Shown one piece after another: positions 1 through 21,732 of a stretch of 64,000 nucleotides of DNA (position 1 is its first letter; every line of letters begins with the position of its first letter). A program made the translations under genes and the position numbers. The stretch is taken from NCBI RefSeq assembly GCF_009914755.1, contig NC_060925.1. One strand, 5' to 3'. The notes beneath the pieces are model-generated. The model made no database searches. It was not told where the DNA came from and was given only the letters and a program-made list of their open reading frames with translations. This stretch comes from the human T2T-CHM13v2.0 reference genome, Homo sapiens.

Positions 1-2451
<2,451 letters not shown>

Positions 2452-2571
2452 TACACCAATAATAATGTACAAAGTGACAAAGATGAATATTTAGGATAAT
2501 TATAACCTGAAAAGGGAGAGAGGGCTACATCTATCATTTAAAATTTTTCTTCTATGAAAGTATGAAGGCAT

Positions 2572-3215
<644 letters not shown>

Positions 3216-3664
3216 ATTTTAAGTTCCTATTGTCTATTAAGGGATACAGATTGGTAACAGCCTGCTTTCTTTAACTGTAAGTCTTATTTATAATTTTAGG
3301 TGATTGATTTGAAAGGAAAATGTAAACATGTATAAAATGGTCCACATTAAAATAGAACTTAGCCTATTTCATGTCCCTACTTGTAATAATCTTGAAACTT
3401 CAGACATTTCATTCATGGTCATTCAGAGGACCTGGTCTGGATTAAGGCTTTTAAAAAATATTACTTCAAATTTAGCAAAGTCATTACATGCCAAGGAGGA
3501 TAAGGCTCAGTCCATCTTGTACCTCATGGGGCCCAAGAGAAGTAATTTAGGATGTTTGAAATCTTTAGCTAATCCCCAAACACAGTTTTCACTGGTTGCT
3601 TCATATGTGGGAATTATCTATTTTTCTGTTTTTATTGTTGCTGTTGTTGTTGACTTGTTTGATT

Positions 3665-5849
<2,185 letters not shown>

Positions 5850-6137
5850 TAAATAAATCAACTGAAAGCATTAGCACAGCACTGGCTGCATGTGAAATAC
5901 CAAAACCAAAGCCTTGAGAGTTACTTCTAGAATCATAGCGTAGACATTCAAAAGTCTCCTCCACAAAGCAAAAAATGTCAAAAACAAAATTTTCAGAATT
6001 CTGAAAATGGGTAAAAGACTTGCAAAAATTCAGAGAACATTGAATCAAGTAAAATGGCTGAATCTCCATAAGAGCAGTGAGCTTTGTGGATTTTTAATTT
6101 GCTCTCTTCCTTTTTAATAAAAAAATGTTTTGGGTGT

Positions 6138-6716
6138 GAGAGCAGAGTACAAGCTGTAGTGTCAGGAGTCATGGCAGGACAAGCATTTGGAAGTTTCTTC
6201 CACCCTGACCAAGTATTGGTTGAAAGATGTGCTGCAGAAACTACAACCAAAGGAGGCATTACGGCTGGGCACTGTGGCTCATGACTGTAATCCCAGCACT
6301 TTGGGAGGCTGAGGCAGGAGGATCACTTAAGTCCAGGAGTTAGATACCAGCCTGGCCAACATAATGAACGCTCGTCTCTATGAAAAATTTAAAAATGAGT
6401 GGGAGGATCACTTGAGCCTGGGAAGTTGAGGCTGCAGTGGGCCATGATTGTGCCACTGCACTATTGCCTGGCTGACCTGACAAAAACAAACAAAAACAAA
6501 CAAAAACCCAAAAACAAACAAACAACACACACACACAAAGGAGGCATCATGCTTCCAGAAAAATCTCAAGGAAAAGTATTGCAAGCAACAGTAATAGCTG
6601 TTGCTGTTGGATCAGGCTCTAAAGGAAAGAGTGGAGAGATTCAACCAGTTAGCATGAAAGTTGGAGATAAAGTTACTTTCCCAGAATATGGAGGCACCAG
6701 GATTATCTCTTATTTT
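6138..6716 (+). pseudogene. Processed HSPE1 (10 kDa chaperonin, Hsp10) pseudogene, interrupted by an Alu and truncated by L1
   Basis: ATG at 6171: MAGQAF..DQVLVERCAAETTTKGGI [Alu] KGGIMLPEKSQGKVLQATVIAVAVGSGSKGKSGEIQPVSMKVGDKVTFPEYGGT; intronless; the C-terminal codons are not found. Confidence 0.93.
6263..6535 (+). mobile_element. AluJ-like element with internal deletion, inserted in the HSPE1 pseudogene
   Basis: TSD CAAAGGAGGCAT(T/C)A at 6248-6261 and 6536-6549; (CAAA)n/(CA)n tail. Confidence 0.92.
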
Positions 6717-9700
6717 ATTTTTCCATTAAGTTATTGGGGTACAGGTAGTATTTGGTTACATAAGTTCTTTAGTGGTGATTTGTGAGACTTTGGTGCACCT
6801 ATCACCTGAGCAGTATATACTGCACCATATTTGTAGTCTTTTATCCCTCACCCCCCTCCTACTCTTCCCCTCAAGTCCCCAAAGTCCATTGTATCATTCT
6901 TATGCCTTTGCGTCCTCATAGTTTAGCTCCCACTTATCAGTGAGAACATATGATGTTTGGTTTTCCATTCCTGAGTTACTTCACTTAGAATAATAGTCTC
7001 CAGTCTCATCCAGGTCACTGCAGATGCTGTTAATTCATCCTTTTTATGGCTGCACAGTATTCCTTCATCTATACATACCACAGTTTCTTTATCCACTTGT
7101 CGATTGATGGGCATTTGGGTTGGTTCTACAATTTTGATTCACAATTTTGCTATTGTGAACTGTGTTGCTATAAACATGCATGTGCAAGTATCTTTTTCGA
7201 ATGATGACTTCTTTTCCTCTGGGTAGATACCCAGTCGTGGGCTTGCCGGATCAAATGGTAGTTCTACTTTTAGTTCTTTAAGGAATCTTCACACTTTTTT
7301 CCATAGTGGCTATACTAGTTTACATTCCCACCAGCAGTGTAGAAGTGTTCCCTGATCACTGCATCCACACCAACATCTACTGTGTTTTGATTTTTTGATT
7401 ATGGCCATTCTTGCAGGAGTAAAGTAGGTATTACACTGTGGTTTTGATTTGCATTTCCCTGATCATAGTGATGTTGAGCATTTTTTTCATGTGTTTGTTG
7501 GCCATTTGTATATCTTCTTTTGAGAATTGTCTATTCATGTCCTTAGCCTACTTTTTGATGGGACTTTTTTTTTCTGATTTGTTTGAGTTCATTGTAGATT
7601 CTGGATATTAGTCCTTTATCAGATGTAGAGATTGTGAAAATTTTCTCCCACTCTGTGGGTTGTCTACTTACTCTGTCAACTGGTCCTTTTGCCATGCAAA
7701 AAGCTCTTTCGTTTAATTAGGTCCTAGCTATTTCTTTGTTTTTATTGCATTTGCTTTTGGGTTCTTAGTCATGAAATCCTTGCCTAAGCCAATGTCTAGA
7801 AGGGTTTTTCCAATGTTATCTTCTAGAGTTTTTGTAGTTTCGGGTCTTAGGTTTAAGTCCTTAATCCTTCCTGAGTTGATTTTTGTATAAGATGAGAGAT
7901 AAGGATCCAGTTTCATTCTCCTACATGTAGCTAGCCAATTATCCCAGCAACATTTGTTGAAAAGGGTGTCTTTTCCCCATTTTATGTTTTTGTTTGTTTT
8001 GTCAAAGATCAGTTGGCTGAACTATTTGGGTTTATTTATGTGTTCTCTCTTCTGTTCCATTGGTCTATGTGCCCATTTTTATACCAGTACCATGCTGTTT
8101 TGATGATTGTGGCCTTATAGTATAGTTTGAAATCAGGTCGTGTGATGCCTCCAGAATTCTTTTCGCTTAGTCTTTCTTTGGCTATGCAGGCTCTTTTTTG
8201 GTTGCATATGAATTTTAGAATTGTTGTTTCTAATTCTGTGAAGAATGATGGTGGTATTCTGATGGGGATTGCATTGAATTTGTAGATTGCTTTTGGCAGT
8301 ATGGTCCTTTTCACAATATAGATTCTACCCATCCATGAGCATGGGATCTGTTGCCATTTGTTTGGGTCGTCTCTGATTTTTTTCAGCAGTGTTTTGTAGT
8401 TTTCCTTGTAGAGGTCTTTGGACTCCTTGGTTAGGTATATTCCTAAGTATTTTATTTTATTTTTTTGTAGCTGTTGTAAAAGGGGTTGAGTTCTTGATTT
8501 GAGTCTCTGCTTGGTCGCTGTTGGTGTATAGAAGAGCTACTGATTTGTGTACATTAATCTAGTATCTGGAAACTGCTGATTCTTTTATCAGTTCTAGGAG
8601 CTTTCTAGACAACTTCTTAGGGTTTTCAAGGTAAACGATCATATTGACAGCAAACAGTGACAGTTTGACTTCCTCTTTACCGACGTGGATGCCCTTTATT
8701 TCTTTCTCCTGTCTGATTGCTCTGGCTAGGTCTTCCAGTACTATGTTGAAGAGGAGTGGTGAGAGTGGGCATCCTTGTCTTGTTCCCATTCTCAGAGGGA
8801 ATGCTTTCAACTTTTCCCCATTCAGTATTATGTTGGCTGTGGGTTTGTCTTAGATGGCTTTCATTACACTAAGGTATGTCCCTTGTATGCCGATTTTTCT
8901 GAGAGTTCTAATCATAAAGGGATGCTGGATTTTGTCAAATGCTTTTTCTGCATCTATTGAGGTGATCGTGTGATTTTTGTTTTTAATTCTGTTTATGTGG
9001 TGTGTCACATTCATTGACTCACATATGTTAAACTGTCCCTGCATCCCTGGTATGAAACCCAGTTGATTGTGGTGGATTATCTTTTTGATACGTTGTTGGA
9101 TTCAATTAGCTAGTGTTTTGTTAAGGATTTTAGCATCTATGTTCATCAAGGATATCGGTCTGTAGTTTTGTTTTTTGGTTACGTCCTTTCCTGGTTTTGG
9201 TATTAGGGTGATGCTGAATTAGGGAGGGTTCCTTCTATCTTGTGGAATAGTGTCAAAAGGATTAGTACCAATTCTTCTTTGAATGTCTGATAGAATTCTC
9301 CTGTGAATCCATCTGGTCCTGCACTTTTTTTTAATCGGTAATTTTTTAATTACCATTTCAGTCTTGCTGCTTGTTATTGGTCTGATCAAGGTATCTAATT
9401 CTTCCTGATTTAAGATAGGAAGGTTGTATTTTTCCAGGAATTTATCCATATCTTCTAGGTTTTCTAGTTTATGTGCGTAAAGGTGTTCATAGTAACCTTG
9501 AATGATCTTTTGTATTTCAGTGGTATCAGTTGTAATATTTCCTGTTTCTTTTCTTAGTGAGGTTATTGGGATTTTCTCTCATCTTTTCTTGGTTAATCTT
9601 GCTAAAGGTCTATCAATTTTATTTATCTTTTCAAAGAGCCAGCTTTTTGTTTCATTCCTCTTTTGTATTTTTTTTTGTTTCAATTTCATTTAGTTCTGCT

Positions 9701-10180
9701 CTGATCTTGGTTATTTCCTTTCTTCTTCTGGGTTTGGGTTTGGTTTATTCTTGTTTGTCTAGTTGCTTGAGGTATGACGTTAGATTGTCTGTTTGTGCTC
9801 TTTCAGACTTTTTGATGTAGGCGTTTAGGGCTATGAACTTTCCTCTTAGTACCACCTTAGCTGTATCCCAGAGGTTTTGATAGGTTGTGTCATTTTTGTC
9901 ATTCAGTTCGAAGAATTTTTAAATTTCCATCGTGCTTTTGTTTTTGACCCAGTGCGCATTCAGGAGCAGGTTATTTGATTTCCATGTATTTGCATGGTTT
10001 TGAAGGTCCTTTTTGGAGTTGATTTCCAGTTTTATTCCACTGTGGTCTAAGAGAGTGCTTGACATAATTTCAGTTTTTAGTATTGAAATGCGAGGTACTA
10101 TTACATTCACTCTGCTCTTTGTTGCCTGTGTACTTTGGTTTTTTTTTTTTGTTTTTGCTTTGTAACTTGTATTGTATTGT
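6712..10180 (-). mobile_element. LINE-1 (L1PB-like), 5'-truncated or internally deleted, decayed ORF2
   Basis: Minus-strand ORF2 fragments ([42 protein letters not shown]); L1PB-type 3' UTR next to 6720. Confidence 0.92.
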
Positions 10181-10884
10181 ATTGTATTTATGTATTTATT
10201 TTGTGACGGAGTTTCACTCTTGTTGCCCAGGCTGGTCTTGAACTCCTGACCTCAGGTGATCCGCCTGCCTCAGCCTCCCAAAGTGCTGGAAGGTGCTGGG
10301 ATTGCGGGCATGAGCCACTGCACCTGGCCCCCCCTAATTTTTTTAATTAGAGGATGTGGTGGTGCGTACCTGTAGCCCCAGCTACTCGGGAGGCTGAGGC
10401 AGGAGGATCACTTGAGCCCAGGAGTTTGAGGCCGCAGAGTTATGATTGTGCCACTGCACTACAGCTTGGGTGACAGAGCGAGATCCTGTTTCTTCCAAAC
10501 AAAACACTCTAGAAGTTTTCTAGAAGTTTTCTGGGTTGTTGTTTTTTTTTTTTTTTTTTGCTTAGCTGGCTACTCTACAGTGTTTGCAATTGTTTTTTAA
10601 TGAACTGTCAGAAGATTGGAATTTCATATGTAGAGTTGTTATGCTAGCCAAAAGCACGACTGTCTTTCAGTTATACAAAAGTTAATCAAAGCTACATATA
10701 AGGAAATATGTCTTAGAATAGCAACACTGAGCTTATTTTGTTGTTTTTGTACTAAGTTTTGCTTCATTATAATCATAGGTTATAATACTTGTAAGTAATC
10801 TATGGATGATAAAATTCTCCTCCTCTTTTTAAAAAATGCTTCTTCAGTTGTTCTTTTTGGTGAACTATAAGATACAGTATTGCT

Positions 10885-11207
<323 letters not shown>

Positions 11208-11431
11208 TTAAATAATTGGATTCAGAATGAACTAAGCTTGTTAAAAGTTTTACTCTTTTTAACAACTCTATTGAAGTAAAATCAATTCAGATTTTATTAG
11301 CTATAAAATCCTCTTGAATGGTTTTTATGGTTTAATCAAATTTATTGTATTTTGATGTTAGCAAAATCCTATTTTCTTTCCTTTATAGTTTATCTTCTTA
11401 TATCAGTGTATTCTGCTTTTTGGTTTTCTGG

Positions 11432-11722
11432 GTTTTTGTTTTGTTTTGTTTTTGAGGCAGGTCTGGCTTTGCCAGCTAGGCTGGAGTGCAGTGATACAAT
11501 CACAGCTCACTACAACTTCAACCTCCTGTGCTCAAGTGATCTTCCCACCTCAATCTCCTGGGTAGCTAGGACCACAGGTGCATGCCTCCACACCTGACTA
11601 ATTTTTTTAGATTTTTGTAGAGACAGGGTCTTACCATGTTACCCAGGCTGGTTTCAAACTTCTGGGTTCAAATGATCCTCCCAAAGTGTTGCAATTACAG
11701 GCATGAGCCACTGCACCTAGCC
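11432..11722 (-). mobile_element. Antisense AluJ ending ~30 nt before a MIGA1 acceptor
   Basis: Reverse Alu consensus with internal deletion. Confidence 0.88.
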
Positions 11723-11753
11723 TGTATTCTGTTCTAACCCACCGTGCTCTTAG

Positions 11754-11872
11754 CTTGCAGAACACAGAGAAGTACGGCATACCTACAGCCTGGAGTCCCT
11801 TTGTCACTGCCCATTTTACGAGGAAGCCATGCATTTAGTTGAAGAAGGAAAAATTTACTCCAGAGTACTGAG
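11754..11872 (+). CDS. MIGA1: Mitoguardin 1 coding exon (LAEHREVRHTYSLESLCHCPFYEEAMHLVEEGKIYSRVLR)
   Basis: tag| acceptor, |gtacc donor; 119 nt, phase 2 end matches the next exon; peptide recognised as FAM73A/MIGA1. Confidence 0.88.
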
Positions 11873-12129
11873 GTACCATTTCAGTTTTGTTTATGTTTAT
11901 GAAGGATATTAAGGTGTTTGTGTGGTACTTACTAAAAATGTTTATGAAAATAGGAGAAAATATGTTTTTAGGTCCAAGTAAAGAAAAAATTATTTTTACA
12001 TGTTCTGTCAGTATTGAAAAAACATGTTTTATATTAAGGTCCTGAGGTTAAGCCTTGTTTGAATCCAAATTTATAGTAGGCTTGATCTTGAATGTAGTTT
12101 AACAATTGTCTCCCCTGTTTATTACATAG

Positions 12130-12202
12130 AACTGAAATGTTGGAGTGCCTAGGAGACAGTGATTTTCTTGCCAAACTTCACTGTATTCGACAGGCTTTTC
12201 AG
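12130..12202 (+). CDS. MIGA1: MIGA1 coding exon (TEMLECLGDSDFLAKLHCIRQAFQ)
   Basis: atag| ... CAG|gtattt; 73 nt, restores phase 0. Confidence 0.92.
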
Positions 12203-12855
12203 GTATTTTTTTAACATTAAGTGACTTCACCCAGCCACTCATCCCCACCCTCATGCTGTAGAGTCCAGTGCAAATAAACAGGACAGCTCTGTGCTCTTGA
12301 TTATCCCTATTCCTAATGACAAATATAAAGTCCACTAAACTTATTTTTCCTCCCTGCTACTTGCCTTCATTTGTTTCCATATTTCATTATCCTCTCCCAT
12401 GGCTTCCCAGGCCCACGACACTTTGTCAAAACAGGATATTTTGATACTTCAGGAGTGTAAAAATGGCTGCTTAAAATAAAAACACTCTTTCTTATTAATT
12501 AGTGTGTATTTGAGATTTAATTTCAGTCAATTATAAAATTGATTTTCTAAAAAGAAAATAACAAGAATATATTTGTTTTCTTATGTTTTGGGGCTATAGG
12601 AAATTTATTTGAGACTGTAATATGATTTTGAACAGAATTTAAATTCAAATTTAACTCCCTTTAATCTTTTTTTGACTATAGGTTTCAAGAGTTCTTTTTA
12701 TTTTAGTAAATTAGGACTTTCTCTGTGAGCTGCCTGTTGAAATAGCACCACATGCAATGCATTAACTGTTTTAGGATTATTTGTGCTATTAAGTTGAATG
12801 TCCATTCACATTCATTATAGGTCTCTTTTTTCTTTGGGGATGAATATTTTTTCAG

Positions 12856-12942
12856 GTAATTCTTTCAGAATCAGCTAACAGGATATTCCTCGCTGAGAGC
12901 GGAAGGAAAATTTTATCAGCTTTAATTGTGAAAGCACGAAAG
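12856..12942 (+). CDS. MIGA1: MIGA1 coding exon (VILSESANRIFLAESGRKILSALIVKARK)
   Basis: ttttttcag| ... AAG|gtaaac; 87 nt. Confidence 0.92.
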
Positions 12943-14039
12943 GTAAACTTGTTCTGTTGGCAAGATTTTTACCATTTACAAAAGTTGTTTTTACCCTTTG
13001 AACTGAAGATTAAGACATTAAATTTTTGATAGAAGAAAAATTTTTGTGGATAGTTGAAAAGGGCATTAAGTTATGCTCGGGTTGAACTATGTATAAAGTC
13101 CACACTATTTCAACCAAGTTGTTTCTCATAAATTATTTCCAGTTTGCCATAAACTCTGTAAATGTCATGGTGAGAATTATCATTAGATCTGCTGCTATAA
13201 CCATCACTGTTATTATTACTAATGCCTCCTCTTTTATTACCTCAATCCTGTTCAGGAAGAGGGTTACAGGAAATAGCGTAGGTCTCAGAAATCTGGAATA
13301 CAAATTGAACTGCCTCATCTTCATGTAGTTGAATGAGGCAGAAGCAATGACAAGAACTTCATTCAGACTGTAAGGAACCACCTTACTTTATGCAAGGTTT
13401 GTCCAGATGATGATAAAACAAAACAAGCCTTCCTTGAGCCATTTGCACACCTAGTTTTCAGACTCAATCCCTTTGAACTTTAATTCTTTCATTTATATAA
13501 TAGAATTGTATTTATATTACCTCATTTCAGAGGGTTTTTAGGATGATTAAATAAATGATAAATGGGAAGCAACTTAAAGAATAAAGTGTTAAGTAGTGTA
13601 AAGCTAAGTATATGTAAGGTGATACTATTAATACATGCAATTCCCAATGTAAGTCTTGTGTTGCTTTCTTGGCCTTCTCATGACAGATAAACTCAGTGAT
13701 TTGAACTAGGGTTCCTCCAAAAGAAGCAGAACTGCAACAAAAGCCTCACATAATGTCTGCTATAACCAAATTTTCATTTTAATTACTGACCAAAATAGGC
13801 ATACATATTTGAGTAATAAATAGTTTGCTTGTGACATTTTACTGACATTCTTTATCTTGGCTTCTGCAAAATGTTGCAATAGCAAAGTAGTAAACCAGAT
13901 AAATTTGGCATACCTTTAAAATGTATTTTAGTTCAGTTACCTAGTAGAATTAAGATCTACCAGACTTATTTGAAGAGTAACTTTCTTTGTAGCTTGTTAT
14001 AAAGTTGAGTTTAGGGTTAAAATGTGTTTTCTTCTTCAG

Positions 14040-14138
14040 AATCCAAAGAAGTTTGAAGATGTTTTTGATGAAATGATCTATTTTTTAGAGCAGACCGATC
14101 ACTGGGGTAGTACTGAAATGGAACTTGCTGCTAGAGGG
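14040..14138 (+). CDS. MIGA1: MIGA1 coding exon (NPKKFEDVFDEMIYFLEQTDHWGSTEMELAARG)
   Basis: cttcttcag| ... GGG|gtaaat; 99 nt. Confidence 0.93.
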
Positions 14139-14674
14139 GTAAATTCAAATTTTTTGTGATATTTATTTTTCTTAGTTATTTGCATGTAATTTTATATGAG
14201 TTGAGACTACTGTTTCATTGTCCTTGTTAAATAAAGCCAATTGTATGGTTGTGGGACATCTTTTTTTCTGACGAAGTCATAAACCACACTCCTTGTACGT
14301 TGGGGCAGTAGTTGTAAATTGTTTTCTAAGAAGCCTTTTTTGCTGTTGTTGGCTCCTTGCTTCCTTCCCTCCTGTCCTCCTTCCCTTGTTCCCTCTCTTC
14401 CTTCTCTCCAAAAGTCATTGGCAGGCCCCTAGCAGGGCAGGAATGGTGGCCCATGCAAGGACAGCTTTGGGTAGTACAACAGCAGCAGCTCAGTAGGGCT
14501 GGGGAATTGGCTGTATACACAAGACTGAACAAATAAGTATACTGAGAAAAATCAGAGCCAGCTTTTCCCTGTGAGAGAAGGGAGGTATAAAATGCTGGGA
14601 TTGGAATTGGAGCTGTCAGTGTGAGTTCACAGTTTATAATATATATGTAGATACAGATATAGAAATAAATATCG

Positions 14675-15778
<1,104 letters not shown>

Positions 15779-15849
15779 AGTGAGTTTACAAGCAGCTGAA
15801 AGGCCTTCTAGGCAGAGAAAACAGTGGATACAACAAATACATGAAGACT

Positions 15850-16520
15850 TAATTTTTCCTTTTCTAGTGTTCCCTTATTCAGGAAATGAAATCAGTATCC
15901 ATTTACTTCTGCAGGCCAGCAACCTGAGACTCATCCTTCACCTCTCCCTGATGCTCACCCATTTTATCATATTCATCTCTAATTTTGTCAGTTTTAACTC
16001 CTAAATATCTTTCAGTTTCTTCGACTTTTCTCTCTTTCTGTCACCCCTCTTGGCCTAAGTGCCTGTTGTCTTTTCTCTGGGCTACATCAGTAGTCTTTAT
16101 ATTTCCCGATTCCCTGCTCACTCCTTTCCTCCCTGCATTCATTCTTTCCCCTGTTTCATTCTCCACATTTCTGCCAAAATGATACAGCACACTATACTTT
16201 TTCCTTTATTGTGCTTCACACAGTTCATAATTGGATATTTGCAGGATTATTTTGTTGCTGTTTTCCCCACTATACTCTAGGCGTCTAATTTGCTTACTCT
16301 AGAAGTTTGAGCACTTGGTACAGCATGTAGTATGTAGAGTGTGTATGTATGAATGAATGAAAGAGCAAGATGTTCATGATCTGGTGGGGAAGACAGGCAC
16401 ATATACCAGTAACTAAATAACAAGGCAGAATGAGCATCCTGGATGTTATAATAGAAGCGTGAACAAAGGACTCCTAGAATAGAGAGGAGGAGAGATTATT
16501 TTCACTTGAGATCTAGGAAG
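15850..16520. mobile_element. Old LINE-2 fragments
   Basis: L2-like pyrimidine-rich text and TGAATGAATGAA terminus at ~16350. Confidence 0.5.
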
Positions 16521-16709
16521 GAGCAGCGATAATGTGAATTCGTAATTTCTAGTGGCGAGCTTTCATATTTATCTCTCCTTTTATTTTTTATTTTTGAATA
16601 AGCTGATTAAAAAAAACCCCTGCTGTTATAAAACCATAAAGCCCTGGCTCAGATTTTATTTCAGCTCTATGTAATAATAATTTCTGTTTCAACTCATAAT
16701 TTAATGCAG

Positions 16710-19030
<2,321 letters not shown>

Positions 19031-19153
19031 GACTAGTTCTTATTAGTAATGAATGTATTGAACGTTTTAGACCCATAAACTTTGAATTTCTAATAAAAAT
19101 GGAAATGTTTATATAGCTATATATAAATCTTTCTTTTCTCTGCATGTATTTAG

Positions 19154-19207
19154 GCTGTGGCTTCAAGTTGTTGGTCGGTGCTGAAACAGAAAAGACAACA
19201 GATGAAG
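19154..19207 (+). CDS. MIGA1: MIGA1 coding exon (AVASSCWSVLKQKRQQMK)
   Basis: tttag| ... AAG|gtaaaa; 54 nt. Confidence 0.92.
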
Positions 19208-19501
19208 GTAAAATTCGTTATGTCCTGAATTCCTTTGTTAAATCATTTAAGGATTCTGTCAAAGCAGCTTCTGAGTCACTTCTCCGGTGGGAATTGGCAG
19301 CTGTAGGAGGGGTAGGAGGGACTGTCCCTCAGGCTAGATGAGTGACTTACTGGTAGTGGGTTGGCTTCTTTTTTGAAGGCCTTCTTTCTCATCCTTAGTA
19401 TTGAGGCATGCATGGTATTTCAGCTAACTGGGAGAGGGGTTTCGAGTTGGAAACAGCTCTGATAAGTTTTAGGTTTTTGTTTTTTCTCTTAATGATATTA
19501 A

Positions 19502-21429
<1,928 letters not shown>

Positions 21430-21732
21430 TAAATCTTACCCATCATTGAGCTCAGCTCACATTATTCCTTGCTGAAATTTATCTAGTCTGCTTCAGCCCA
21501 CACTAAGTTCCCACTTCTCTGAATTCATAATACACTTCAAGTCTGTATGGTATTTAGAACTTTACTATATGTAGAACATACTTTTTGGCCCTCACTAACT
21601 AGCTGTGTGTGAATTAGGGCAGTTTATTTAACCCCTCTCCAATATCACTTTTCACATGTTTAAAATGATGTTAACATGACATACTTTTGAAGGAATGTTA
21701 TAGTAAATTAAATAGAAACTAGCACATTTTCT

